This document shows, piece by piece, positions 50,105-63,139 of a DNA stretch of 64,000 nucleotides. The position numbers and the translations under genes were made by a program. Numbering within the stretch: position 1 is the stretch's first letter; every line of letters begins with the position of its first letter. Source of the stretch: Sphaerodactylus townsendi (Eukaryota); the NCBI RefSeq assembly GCF_021028975.2, contig NC_059427.1, positions 91,574,001 to 91,638,000 of the forward strand, given 5' to 3'. Below the pieces are notes generated by a model. The model worked only from the letters and a program-made list of their open reading frames with translations. It ran no database searches and was not told where the DNA came from.

Positions 50105-53100
50105 GGGTATATTTAACAATATATATTTTATATATAATTTCTAGATCAGTACATTCAGTTTAACTTGTTTTTCTTCACAAACAGAAGAACTCTTACAATA
50201 GTAGACTTCTAAAATAAATACTATTAAAATAGAGCTTCGAAATAAATATTCTATACAAAGGAAAACTTCTGTGGTAATTTTTTTTCAGCTGAAGGAAAAT
50301 GTAAAAGAAGAGGGGAACCTTGACCAATTGTTTTGAAAATGGAATAAAAACAAATCTAACATACCCATTGCTGCAAGATACATTTACAGTGTGCAGGAAG
50401 GAGGGCCAAAGAAGGATTTCATTTTGCTGAAGCAAGGAGAGTTTCAGGCAAGTGAAACAGTAGAGTGTCGTGTTATACCCTGCCTCCATTTCCTTGCTGT
50501 AGCACTGCTGAGGTTAATACTACTGTAAGCCTCTTGGAGACAAGTAGAGGATTTGTGGTATTTCCTAGGTTGATAGAACAGAACTGTATTCCTTAATTAG
50601 TCTGTTTTTCTCCTGCTTATGTGGTGGAAGGTAAAAAGGGTGAAGGCAGTCTTCAGGACAAATTGAACAGCCAGAGAGGAAGGGGGAACCCTGTTTCCTA
50701 ATCTCTCATTTTGCAATTTCACCAGTTTATTCTGTGCCTCAACAAACCGGATTACTTTTTGATCCTTTCTAATGATTTCCATTCAAAACACAATCCAGTT
50801 TGGCCCATTGGGACAATAGGAGAAGAAAGCTTACTTCCCAATAGGTTTTCTTGAGCCTCAGCACCCAGCCTCATTATACTTTGGCTCAGTGCAAAAATAT
50901 GTGACCACGTTAGACTAATACTTTTTTATATCAAGAGAGGCAATTTGGAATAGAGCACATGTACCTTAAAAGTAGAGGGCAGACTGGGGGAGGGAGGGGG
51001 AGGAAAGGGTAAAAAAACCAGTGTGCTAGCAAACAAAGGCCCTCTGAAAAACCAGCAGCCAAGACCATCTAAAAAAACTGGTGTCATGCTGCCCAGGCTC
51101 TTCTTGGGCTGGTCTAACCCAGAATCCTTTCAATGCCCCACAAGGAGCTTGACAACTTTGTTGCTAGGCCCAGGCAAAGAGCCGGAGAAGCATGCTGCCT
51201 GATTGCTACACAAGAGGTGGGTCTGGAAACTATGCTTCATTTTGCTACATTTGCAAGCAGCTGTTTGAATTCTCAAAGCCTTTCTAGCACATGATCAGGT
51301 TGGCACTGATAGGATCTACCACTTGCATCAGATTGGCACTGATAGTATATATAATATATATATAACTTTTAAAAATCCATACAGAAATTTAAGTATTGAC
51401 AGCTATGTACAATAAAAAGAGGCCCAGTTTTACCAGAAGGTTTTGTATATGAAATATAGGAATGTTCTGGGTGTGTATTGGCACATGCCAATCCACCAGT
51501 GTGTTGATCTGCTGGGGACAACCAACACCTACAATCTGCAGTTTTCATCAATGCTCTTCCATGCTCATACGCAGCAAAGATGACAGCTAAGCACCTGGTT
51601 GCCATTTGTGCTTACATTGACAAGCATTAGATTTCCAGCTTGTCTGAATTCTCAGAACCTTGTTTATCATCCCTTGAAGATTATAATTATTTATACATTC
51701 AACAGTATTTTGGCTAAGAGTCTCCTTCTTCCTTTCCACTTACTCATTGCATGGTTCCCTCAAGTTTGTGCAAGAATATATATAAAACATATTGTGTATA
51801 ACCCACCAGGAACCTGTAAAGCACTCTCCATTGAAGTGAATGGGAGTGGCACCAGAGCATGTTTATCACTCTCCCATTCATTCCAATGGGCAGAAAGGGT
51901 TCCCGGTGGATCATAGCCATTGTGATCATGGCGGGGCTAATCTATACAAATCAATCTGGCAACACAGACGAAGTATCCCTTTTTCTATGAAATACTATTT
52001 ACATAACCAAGCAGTATTATAAATATAAAAAAGAAGATTAAAAATATTTCCCAATCAATAAATATATACATTAAAAAAAACAAAAAACAAAGTCAGCCAC
52101 TACTAGTAAAGACAAACAAATATCGCCCTACCCAATTAAAAAAAAGACAACTCTTTCCTGTTGGTAAAGTGTTAGCTTTTTAATTGCAAACAAGCAAATG
52201 TAATTTCTGAAGCCCACAAAATGAGTTTACCAACTGCTTGCTTAATTAAAGCAAGGAAGCTGCCAATCAGGCTGTGCTGTAAACCCAAATTCAAAATAAA
52301 CCAGCAGAGTTTTTGAAACTCCACATCTGACTTGTTATATTAGCAAATATCTTTGCGGGTTGTCAACAGAAAGAAGTTAATCCACTTGAAGTAAATGCAG
52401 TATTGATTGTCGTATAAAGGTTAATGCCTTTCTCTCCTGGCAGATACAGTGTTGAAAGGCCTAGACTTCCCCCCATGGAGCTAGGAAAAAACTGCACCTA
52501 TTCAAACCTGCTACCCAATGGATATTTAAAACTGTTAACTGTGGAAACCATTCCTTACTAATGCATTCTGCAGAGGAGACAAAAGTTTAGCAGTAGCAGC
52601 AAAAAGGGAAAATTTAAATATTCTGGCGGAATGACATTGTGCTGATTATATTTCTTTAATGAAAGCTTCAGTTGCACTGATACTGATTCAAGAAGAAAAC
52701 TTATGGTGAAGGACGGAGAAGACAATTTCTTGGCTCAGCTTCATTTTGCAAGGTGATTAAGCCGGGAACTGCTTCAATTTAGTGAGACAATATGACTGAG
52801 GGTAGTACCTTGACATCAGCTTTGACTTCAGCAAATTCTTTTTTGTGTGGGACAACCTGCTGTTTGAACAAGTAACAGAGTTCATTGGAGCAAAGTGTCT
52901 ACTCAGAATTCATTAGGTGCTGAAGGGGCCACGAAGCTCAGTCACTCCTGTTGTTGGGAATTAAAACTGAACTAATAGGAACTGATTGCAAGTCTTGCCA
53001 GATCCTTAGTATTTATATATGAATGAAGAGAAACCGCAGCATTCTGGGGAATCAAAGTGTTGCCCTGCAGTCTCTAGCTCGCTGCAACTAAGTGGTTGCA

Positions 53101-54192
53101 GGCTTGTGGCAATGGCAAAATTACATTAATTTCTCCAGCCATTATATTTAATAAAGTAATATTGGATGGAGAACTTTTAGTCATGTTTAGATATTATTTC
53201 AATGGTGGGAGCTGGAAATGCATTGTGCAAATGTCCACACATTCAGCTTAATGCCTGCACAGAGCCTATACATGTATGTATAGAACTTTCTATGTGATCC
53301 AGGACTACACAGAGAGCTCCACGCACACAGTCAAACACATGTAAGGTTCTAGGAAGATATTAAGCTGAAAGTGTAGGTGTTGGGAACAATGTCCGCTCCT
53401 TGGTGTCTCATGCTTTCAAAGTTATGTCTTTATGTCTTGATGCCAATTGGTCAGCACAGCTCTGGTACAGGCTATGATTTAGGAACAATGAATAAGATGG
53501 GTTTAAATGAAAAGGCTGGTAGGGTTGCCAGCTTTCAACTCGCTATGCCTATAACTGTGGCTCGATTTATAGCAATCCTCTGCCTAAATCTCCATCATAC
53601 CGAATTCTGTTCAAGACAGACCTGAAATGGACCGTTAAATCAAAAATGCAGCTAGACATGTTCAGACAGCCATTTTTGTATCTGACAAAAAGGGAGGTGG
53701 GAGAAACAAGGAGGTATCAGACAACTACTCCTCTTAAAGTGTTGAGAAAATTAACCTTTTACTGATTACAGTGTTCCTGTAATGAATATATGGGGAGACG
53801 GTTCCTGTCCTGAACTGGACAGCCTTTGGGAAATAAGAATCCTGTTGCAGTTCCGGATGTACCTGCCAAACCTATCTGTTAATTATTCTTGTAGACTGTC
53901 AGCTTAGCAAACAGCCAACACTCAGGATCAGAAAAGAGGAAGAAGCCAAGCTGTTCTGTGTGGTCACTTTCTGCCTTTGCTCTGCAAATAATTAAGAAGC
54001 CTCCTTCCGCACTGCACTTACACAGCCCTCAATAATTCAAAGTGCTTCAGGTCCAGGAAAAAGGTATCTTTCCCCCTTTCTTTCTTTATTGAAATGAAAA
54101 GGCTGACACACATTATCTATGAGCAACACAGGTTATGAAACTCCTTCCTGCAGTTTTTCTACACTTCCCACCCCCACCCCTCTCCCCAGAAA
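50105..54192 (-). other. SPRY4 3' UTR (~4 kb; distal end approximate)
   Basis: Repeat-poor, AU-rich stretch with miRNA seed and Pumilio motifs. The block at 50110-50260 resembles the mammalian SPRY4 mRNA 3' end as recalled. AATAAA occurs at 54085-54090 and 50726-50731 (minus). Confidence 0.6.
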
Positions 54193-55083
54193 TCAAAACG
54201 GCTTCTCTGGTCTGCTGCCAACTTTCCCTTCAGGGGACGTTTTACAGATCACACTGTTCGTGTTTTTACACCGGCATCCCGGCCGACTGACTTGGTCATA
54301 GCATCGCTGCGACAGTTTCACGCAGCCGGTTGCAGGCAGGTAGCATAGCAAGCACGGCAGAAACAGAGAGAGCGCGCTCATGAAAGACCAACGGGCACAG
54401 CAGTTTGAATGAGAGCAGGAGCATGGGTGGTCTGCACAGGAACCTTCGTCATCCTCATTGGTGCAGTGGTAGAAGATGCCCTTCACCAGACACATGCAGG
54501 TCGCGTAATTGACCAGGTTCTGAGCGGAGCAGAGGCACTCTTGGTTGCATACCCAGCAGGAGGGCAAAGTCCTCGGCAGGGCGCACTCCTTGCACTTGCA
54601 TTTTCCACAGGCTTCACACAACAAAAAGTGCTTGTCCGCCTCCAGAGATGTGGGACCCTTGAGATCTAGAGGCTTGCAGTTAATCACTTTGGGCTGAATC
54701 CGGACAGCTCTCGGGGAGGAGGAGTCAGCCACTGGCGCTGGCACCATGTGATCCAAAAGCCTTTGATCTGAAGACGTGCTGCTGCTGCTGCTGATGGAAC
54801 TGGGTCGCCCACTGAAAGAAATCCATGGGTGGGTGATGTCTTGCTCACATCTGGGCAGGTGAGTAGGTTCATGGTGGCCCCTGGGATACTTCTGAGCAGC
54901 CAGCTGGACCAGGGTGGGGTTGTCAATGTAGTCATTCTCAATGTGTGTGGTCTTCATTTGGTCAATAGGGAGGATGGTCAGAGGATGCTGTAGTCTGCCG
55001 TAGGGGATACGACTGTCCAGGAGTGGCTGTACCATGGTGGAATTGGGGACCACAGTAATATTGTGAGGCATACGAGGTTCCAT
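54193..55083 (-). CDS. SPRY4: Sprouty RTK signalling antagonist 4, single coding exon, 296 aa
   Basis: Translation MEPRMPHNITVVPNSTMVQPLLDSRIPYGRLQHPLTILPIDQ... contains the NDYIDNP Tyr motif, the Ser-rich SSISSSSSTSSDQRLL segment, the Cys-rich Sprouty domain and a C-terminal RPEKPF. The ATG is at 55083; the ORF track's extra 7 residues start at a non-ATG codon. Confidence 0.97.
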   Translation of the reverse strand: MEPRMPHNITVVPNSTMVQPLLDSRIPYGRLQHPLTILPIDQMKTTHIENDYIDNPTLVQLAAQKYPRGHHEPTHLPRCEQDITHPWISFSGRPSSISSSSSTSSDQRLLDHMVPAPVADSSSPRAVRIQPKVINCKPLDLKGPTSLEADKHFLLCEACGKCKCKECALPRTLPSCWVCNQECLCSAQNLVNYATCMCLVKGIFYHCTNEDDEGSCADHPCSCSHSNCCARWSFMSALSLFLPCLLCYLPATGCVKLSQRCYDQVSRPGCRCKNTNSVICKTSPEGKVGSRPEKPF

Positions 55084-55128
55084 TCTCAGGCTGTTCTTCA
55101 GCACTGGGAAACCCTGCTTTTAGGTGTC

Positions 55129-55160
55129 CTAATAGAGAGATTGAGGGAAGGGAGAGATAG
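55129..55160 (-). promoter_or_regulatory. Splice acceptor of the SPRY4 coding exon; 55129-64000 is probably intronic
   Basis: Minus strand reads ctatctctcccttccctcaatctctctattAG|gacacc..., 45 nt upstream of the ATG. This fits the known Sprouty layout of non-coding first exon(s) plus one coding exon. Confidence 0.8.
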
Positions 55161-58100
55161 TTGAAACATTAGCTGTTATTGCAACCACTCCAATAAAGCC
55201 TCATTGCTGCAGCTGTTCCTCTGTCCAAGGTGACAGTGGAGTCAATTGCAGTATCACCCTTTCTGCAACTCACATGCATGTATAGTGGCATCCCCAAAAA
55301 CATGCATGATCTTGGCCTCTAGGTGGACACAAGCCTCAGTCTGGTAAGTTATTAGAAATAATTAACAAGAAATGTGGAGTAACCACACACATGTGCCAAT
55401 GTCATATGACTGGGGTGGTAAGGATAACTTGGAGGTGGAGAGAACAGCCAATCAGTCAAGTGAACAAGAAAGATAATCAGTCTGCTAGGGACTATTCTAA
55501 TAGAGATTGTACTCTGGCAAAAGTTTATGCACATGTTCATGCAGAATACTTAACTTCTCATGCATCCATGCACACTGTACTCAGTTCCCATTTTCTTCCT
55601 TTTAATAGCAACGGAAAGGGGAGATGCCAAGTTCAAGGCTTTGAGTGACTGGCCTACATTCACACAGTTCAGTAAACAAGCAAGCTAGGCTAGTCCCCCT
55701 CCCCCACTGATCCGCAGCAGCTAAATTTTAGATTCTCAGAAGCAGCTGATAGAGCATAAGATTCTGGCAGGGAAGGTACTTCTTCAATAAGTGCAAACTC
55801 ATTTACCTGTGGAGGCTGCACGCTTCCCCTCCATTGACAAACTTATCCGAATACAGCATGTAGCAATCCCACAGGGTAATTTCAGGTCAGGAAATTAGTC
55901 CTGCTCCTCCTCCCATGATCCCAATCAAAACTGGGCACATCGGCTCTTCACACTAAATTTAAAAACTTGGAAACTCTATGTGGGAACTTTCAGTGTCTTT
56001 CTAGTCTGGCTCTATGTCCGCTGCTGAAGATGAATCTACAAAAATAGGTCTCTACTGTCAGGTCTCTACTGAGGCCACACAGTAAATAAAAATCAGTTTT
56101 TAGTACAATTCTATGCAGTTACTCCAGCCTAAACCCATTGAAATCAGTGGTCTTAGAGTAGCTCTACACAGGACTGTACTGTCATAGGTGCAGCTGCCTA
56201 GTTTGCACAATTTGGAAGAAAATGGGTGGTGGTGGTTGTATTAATAAGTTGTGAAGATGAAATGCATAACTTAGGTATAACATCAAAGAAAGGATAGTAT
56301 ACCCTCGTTTCTCTGAGCTGTAAAAAGAGCAGTATTTGAAGTAGGCCTTAAACTGGTTTCCCAGGAACAGAACAAGCCCTGCAGTGTTTATTGTTTGCTA
56401 ACAGATTAAGGCAGTGCACATTAGCATTAAAGGGGGGGGGGGATGGTGCTTCAAAGTACTCTTCTGCAGGTGACTGAGTGAAGCCTTAGACCCTTGCTGT
56501 CAGAGATGGTATCCCCACATCAATATAGCACAGCAAAGAGCATACCTCTTCCTGTGGGATCAGAATCCAAATCCACAAAGGACTTTAGACACTGCAACTG
56601 GACAGCAGCTGGAATTCAGCTTGTTACTTAGTGAATACCTCCAAGCTCCAGATACAGATTTGGGCTTATTTAGGAAGTAAATGGGGCATTTCTTTTCCTC
56701 TCCCACAAAAAACCCTTTCCTTGCTTTTTGGTGACCCGTTTTTACTGGAGCCACTTGTGCGGCTTTTGGCAGAGAGAAGATTGCAGCCTAGCCCTGCTGA
56801 AAGCAACACTGTAAGGCAGAGGATGAATGAGCAGTGGGGAAACTAAGCTTGAAGAGGGCTACACTTTTGCCAAGGAGTGATGTGGCTTTCCCTCCTTCCA
56901 GTTTCAGGGGGCAGCACCTGATGCTGCATGGAGATGGCAGGAAAGATTTGCAAACTGGGAGCAGTTTGCAAATGCAGCACTATTAATCTAGTCCCCATTT
57001 GCAACCTCAAGGGCTCAAAATAGCCTGCATCCCTGTGGGGAATGGGAAATTCAGGCTCATTGGTATCTTTGCAAAAGCTGAGTCACAAGTCAGCTGCTGC
57101 TAGCTGCAGATTCTGTTTAATAAGCATTTCACTTCCCTTCTGCTACAACAATGAGCAACATAGTAGGTTTTTAAAAATTCTGGCCCATTATGCATGGAGC
57201 GCTTTTCCCGATGGTCTTCTCTTTGCAGTGGGGTCGCCGGACAGATCTCCTCGTGTTTCCTTGTTTACATAGGAGGAGGTGCCTCACTGCCTACTACGTG
57301 GCTTGCCAGCCCCCACTTCCAGGTTGCTCCCTATCAATCGCAAGATTGACAGCTTTTTTTAAAAAAAGGCCTTTTAATGTTAGATCAATATTCTACCACA
57401 GTACAGCCTTGTTCCCACCCTCTTCTGTAGTGCTGGAGAGCTTGGGAAGGAAGCGGGCCAGGTGTGACCAATCACTGGTGGTGGAGGAGGATGCCACTGC
57501 AGGGAAAGACCCTGATTCCCCCCACCTCTGAGAAAGCAACGGGAGCCTGGAGGTTGGAAAAGGGGGGTAAGGAAGAAGAGGTGGGAGTGCTTCAAAAGGG
57601 AATATGTCAATATTTTTCATAAGATCACAAGACTGCCAGGGTTTTTTTTCTTTAGAACCCTTTAAATTTCATATCAATATTCCCCATGACTATTGTGCAG
57701 CCTGGTTATCATTAATTTTTTATTTTGGGGGTGAAAGCTGGCCATCAATCCTTCAGAAATACCTGCAAGGAGTGGGGGGGGGGGGGCGCGAAGATGGAAA
57801 GGAGAGAAAACTCCAAAGCAAGGAAAATCACCGGGGTTTGCCGGCGCTTGGGAACAGCAGGACTTCCAGGATATGTGGTGCTGTGAGTATGCAATGAAGC
57901 CTCTTCCACGAAGGAAATGCACTCTTGCTGCGTGGCAGAGCTCCAGTGTATAATTGGCCAAAGAGAGAGCAAGATGAAGCTTCAGTATATGGTTGCCTTC
58001 AGTATATGGTTTTCAGGTAGAGGGTAGAGACCTCCTGGAATTATAGCTGATCTTCAGACCCCAGCAATCAGTTTCCCTGGAGAAAATGGCTGCTTTGGAG

Positions 58101-58342
58101 GATGGACTCAATGACATTATCTCTCACTGGGGTCCCTTCTCTCCCAAATCCCCACCCTCAAATCTCCAGTAATTTCTTACCACAGAGCTGGCAACTCTAC
58201 TGAGTGCAACTCAGTTTGAGAAAGAGCACTGGTTGCGACCAATTCTCACCATACAGATTTTCCCGTCACGTTGAACATGCACCTTGCTTTACCAGAAAGC
58301 AACCAAAATATGAAGGCATCCACTAAAACACATGCACAGGAG

Positions 58343-58478
58343 CAATGGTGGGATTCAAATGATTTAACAACTGGTTCTGATGGTGGAATTTAAATAATTT
58401 AACAACTAGTTGTTTACAAGCACCATTTTAACAACTGGTTCTGCCGAAGTGGTGTGAACCTGCTGAATCCCACCACTG
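58343..58478. mobile_element. hAT MITE
   Basis: TIRs caatggtgggattca / tgaatcccaccactg; TSD cacaggag / aacaggag; three internal tttaacaact repeats. Confidence 0.85.
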
Positions 58479-59967
58479 AACAGGAGTCAGAAATGCGAAT
58501 TGTTGTGAAATACGCAACAAATTGAGTTGACTCCTGAGATCTAAACCAAAGCAGTTTCTCCTATTTCTTGATATCTAATTAATGGAAGAACTGGCATCTC
58601 TGATCCACAGTCTTAATTCACACAAATGCATGAACAGAATCCCGGTTTTCCCAGGTGTACAATCTACATTGTTACATATGAATTCTCATTCAAAGGAATA
58701 CTCAGAATTAAGCACTTCACCAAATTTCAGCTTTGCCCTGTGTGCACTGGTGAATAAGAATGGCATATAAATTTGGGACAGCAGCATATGGACTTGCTCC
58801 TAAGATTATGTTGCTTCACATTGGTCAACTATGAACCGACTCTGGCTTCTGCTATTCATCGCTCAACTGCCAACCAAATAAGTGGAATTCCTTAAAAGCA
58901 TATTTCTAAGGTTTAAATCCTAAAAGCAGTGCTGCTTTTGACCCAGATACACTAAAGTAACTCCTGAGAGTAGACAGAATGTGTGAAAACAGACTTCAGT
59001 GACCAACCTGAAAAAATCCAAACGGAGGGCACATGCTCTTTTAAACATTCAAACTATTTTCATCCAAACACCAAGCAGCATAATATTTGGTTTAAATGCT
59101 GTTTACTAGCTGACTCATCTACTGCTAGTCTCTAATTTCATTGGAAGAGTGCAGTTTATACTGGAACCCATCCAGAGATTCAACTGTAGTGTAGGACATG
59201 AAACCACAGGAAGCAACAAAACTTAAATCAAAGAACGGAAACAACTTGGTTCAAATTTAGAGAGTACACATTGTTTTCTGGTGGAGCTGCCACTTCCTCA
59301 CCATGACCTTTATATTATTTATTAATTATATATTTTAAAAGATCAATTTAAAGAAGCAGTTGACCAAAGAACATTCCTTGTTAAGGTCACGAAGAGAGGC
59401 TGTTGACATTCATGAAAGCAGAGATCTGATTAATGGAAGAGAAATAACACTTTGCCTCTGAAAATTTTAACTTGTGGACAAGTAAAATGAACATACTATT
59501 AAATGGTGCCCAAGGAAAAGAGGAAATAACTCAAAGTATGAAATACATGCAGCATATTATTGCTAAAGTTAAGCATTTTGTATTGCCATCCCAAGCAGAA
59601 TTGCTCCCTCATAAAACTAATGAAGTCCATGACCTTAGAAAGATATAACTCTGTTTAGGATTGCACTGTTGAGTCACCTTTGTTTTAAAGATAGAGCTCA
59701 ATGCTGTCCCCCTGAAAGCCCCCCTGAAGTCCCCCTGGGACTTAAAAGTGTTTAGCTTTGGATGCATTGTGCCTATGAAGATGTATCATTGGAACAGGAT
59801 TCACTGGATTTTCTTTTGTTGCACGGAGTGGAGCAAGCCTGGCTTCCTCCTTTTTGCTCAGTGTTCTGGTAAATGTATTGTCGACTATTACCTAATCAGG
59901 TTAATTGTTAATCTTGCATCCCACTCCCCACCCATATCCAGAAGAAGAGTGTGAATTTATACCCCAT

Positions 59968-60960
59968 CAGTGTGTACTCCCCCTCTTGGAGTGGGGAGAG
60001 GGGGATATTTGACCCAGGCACCATTCACCTGGGTCATGTGGGGGGCACCTTTTGGCCACCCACCCCTTCCCTTGCTTTCCTCCTGGATCCCTCCTGGTGC
60101 CACCCGTTTGGCATCCGCCCACCTGTGGTGCTTCAACTGCCAGCACCTGCCCTCCATCTGCAAAGCTGCCCTCTCCCCTCCTCCCCAGTGAGGCCAGGGC
60201 GCATGGAGTGTGGCACACCCTGGAGTGCCCACCACTTGGCCCTGCCTCACCTCTCCTGCCTTGCAAAGCCCCGGCAAAGCCACCCTCTCCCCCCTCCTCC
60301 TCCCTGGCAAGGCCAGGATGCATGAAGTGCAGTGTGCCCTGGAGCATTTGCTGCCCAGCCCTGCCTCGCCTCTCCCTCCCTGCAACTCCCTCCCTCTGTG
60401 CCTCTGCTTCCCAGTCTGCAACGTGCCTCCTGTCCATGCTCTTGGGAATGTCAGCAACCAGGAGAGAAGGTCAGTGTTTCTCCTCCTACCGAGCCGCTAG
60501 CTTGCAGGTCTTAGCATGAGGCAGAGAGAGGGATGGGACAGGCAAAGGGTACTCATGTGTTGCAAAGGTGCGGGACTCCAGAACATTCACACAGTTCAGC
60601 TTCCTTGGAGAGGCTGGCCTCAGCCTTGTGGGCAAAGAAGCTTCCTAGCCCGCCCCCCATCCACCCAGGGGCAAGTGTTAGCCTTAGTGGGTTGGGAGAA
60701 TTGGGAGGTTCCCAAAGCCAGGCCCAGGATTCAGCTTACTTCCTTTTGCTGTAGCAGACAGAAGAGAGCAGCAGTTATGTTTACAGCCTTCCTACTCGGC
60801 CGCATTGTTTAAGAGAAACCCAAAAACTGCTTTGCACCCACTCAGGAACCCTTCCTCCAGGGTCTTGCTTCAGCAGCAGCACAGACAAGTCCTACAATTG
60901 GAGGAGGGGCGCATTTTCAGCACTTGCCCCCAGGCGCCATATTTTATGTGTACGTCACTG
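59968..60960. mobile_element. Non-autonomous hAT element with a GC-rich interior
   Basis: TIRs cagtgtgtac / gtacgtcactg; TSD taccccat / tatcccat (7/8). Confidence 0.75.
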
Positions 60961-60967
60961 TATCCCA

Positions 60968-61179
60968 TGCTTTTTCTCAACTGCAAGGAGTCTCAAGGCA
61001 GTTTACAAACTCTTTCTCCTCCCCTCCCCACTACAGACACCTTGTGAGGTAGGCAAAACTGAGAGTTCTGAGAGGAACTGTGACTAGTTCAAGGTAACCC
61101 AGAAGGCTTAATGTGGAGGAGTGGGGAATCAAATCCACTTTTCCAGATTAGAGTCCACGGCTCCTAACCACTACACCAG
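60968..61179 (-). mobile_element. Squam3-like SINE (older copy)
   Basis: Homology to the other copies in the window. Confidence 0.75.
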
Positions 61180-61482
61180 GCAGGCAGAAAACCTCTAACT
61201 CTTTTTTAAAGTACAGTAGGAAGGTTTCACTGATTTAAATATTGACTCCCGACTTTACAATGAAATTGTACTAAGAGGAGGGGTTGTGACCAGAGCTAGC
61301 TAATCCATGCTGTACACAGTCAGTTCCTAGTGGCCAAACTAGCTTTCATTGAACAGTCCTGGGCAGGAATTATATGTCAGACCAATTACAGTGCCCTGAC
61401 CTGGATGGCCCAGGCTAGCCTACTTAACAGATCTCAAAGTTGGCAACTCTAATTGAAACTTAGGCAATACATGTGCTATGTA

Positions 61483-61788
61483 GGAGCAGCAGTGGCGTAG
61501 GAGGTTAAGAGCTCATGTATCTAATCTGGAGGAACCGGGTTTGATTCCCAGCTCTGCCGCCTGAGCTGTGGAGGCTTATCTGGGGAATTCAGATTAGCCT
61601 GTACACTCCCACACACGCCAGTTGGGTGACCTTGGGCTAGTCACAGCTTCTCGGAGCTCTCTCAGCCCCACCTACTTCACAGGGTGATTGTTGTGAGGGG
61701 GGAAGGGCAAGGAGATTGTAGACCCCTTTGAGTCTCCTACAGGAGAGAAAGGGGGGATATAAATCTAAACTCTTTTTCTTCTTCTCTT
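61483..61788 (+). mobile_element. Squam3-like SINE
   Basis: A/B boxes, (CTT)-rich tail, ctatgt on both flanks. Confidence 0.87.
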
Positions 61789-62761
61789 CTATGTCAGTCT
61801 AAGAATGGGCCGAAGTTATTTCTTGTCTACAGTTAAGTAAATTCCAGTATTTTACCTGTTTAGGCCAATATCAGATTTTAACTATGCTTTGTCCATACAG
61901 GTAGTGAACACAGCACACACTTTTTTGGGCTATCCCACAAGATATGAGAATTCCTTAGCTTAGACTAAACCTTCCCAGTACCTGGAAGAGGCAGCAAACG
62001 GGGAGATAGGTTTTAGCCTGACATTCTAGGTTGTGAAGTGGTATGGTCCAGGAAAAACAGAGCCAAACTTTTATTCACTTCTGCCCCACAAAGTCACAAG
62101 CTTTTTTACCCTGTGCCCAATAGTATGATGCCTTTTCAGTAAATGTAGTAATAGTAGCTTTGGTTCCTATTTCCTATGTACCATTTTTATAGAGCCTTGG
62201 TGAGGATGGGGAACAGAAGTCTAGGATTTTATCCTAAAATTAGGGTGAATAGTATAAACCCACCTCTCTTCCACAGGCTGTCAGAAGTTAGGAGAAGGAG
62301 CTTTCTAAACCCTAGGGTTACCAATGTCCACAATTTAGCTCCAGAGATTCTGAATGCCTTGTCTGGAGGGGGGAGGGGTGCTATATGACTCCTATTGAGA
62401 ACCACTGATTGAGCTGTGTGCTAATGCTGCATGTTTGAAATGACCCTTAAAATAGCATATGCATTGAATTAATTGCATGCTGACTTTCCCCTGCAACATC
62501 CATCCATCTTGTTTGTCACAGTTAAATTTTCTCCTTCCTACAGCAGCTGTCACCTGAGAAGATCTTTAGACTGTTCCAAGAACAGTGTGTCATTGCTCCT
62601 CAATTATCTACATAATGCATTGTTTACTAGTTACATTTGTGTTACATCCCTCCCTCCAACTGCTCAGATATGGGGTTCTCATGTGTCCCATGAACGAAGG
62701 CTGGTCCATGCCTGCTAAGTTTCAGAGTCCCTACTGTTTTAAGAGACATTTAACAGAGGAA

Positions 62762-62858
62762 GATCCTCTGAAGTTGCCAGCCACAGATGCAGATGAAACG
62801 ACAGGACAAAATGCTACTAGAACGCGGCCACATAGTCTGGAAATCACACAACATCCCA
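62762..62858 (+). mobile_element. Degenerate Penelope-like repeat with a mutated hammerhead core
   Basis: gatcctctgaagttgccagccacagatgcagatgaaacgacagg... is homologous to 21577-21673. Confidence 0.75.
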
Positions 62859-63139
62859 GAGGAAGAGAGAATGATTATACGTATCAGAAACATTGGAGTC
62901 TATCATTTCTAGAAAATGAACTAGGCATTTGCACAGTGTGTGCTTCAGTTTCTGTTCAGAGTTCTGGGCTTTATGCAGAAATTACAAGCTTTGGCTTACT
63001 GTAAAGGGAAGCATTTTTATACCAACATGTCAAGTCACGGTATGCTGATTTAGCACTCCCTGCAAGTCATGAGAGTTTTAGGAAGGCAGGACCTGATGAA
63101 GAGATTGGAGGGGGGGGGGGGAAGGAATGTTGGAGGAGG

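Noticed and set aside
55084-55104. N-terminal MLKNSLR extension of SPRY4 in the ORF track
   Set aside because: Starts at GTG inside the 5' UTR portion of the exon; homology begins at MEP.
59951-60812. Cluster of long overlapping ORFs
   Set aside because: Lies inside the GC-rich hAT element; open frames on both strands reflect stop-codon scarcity.
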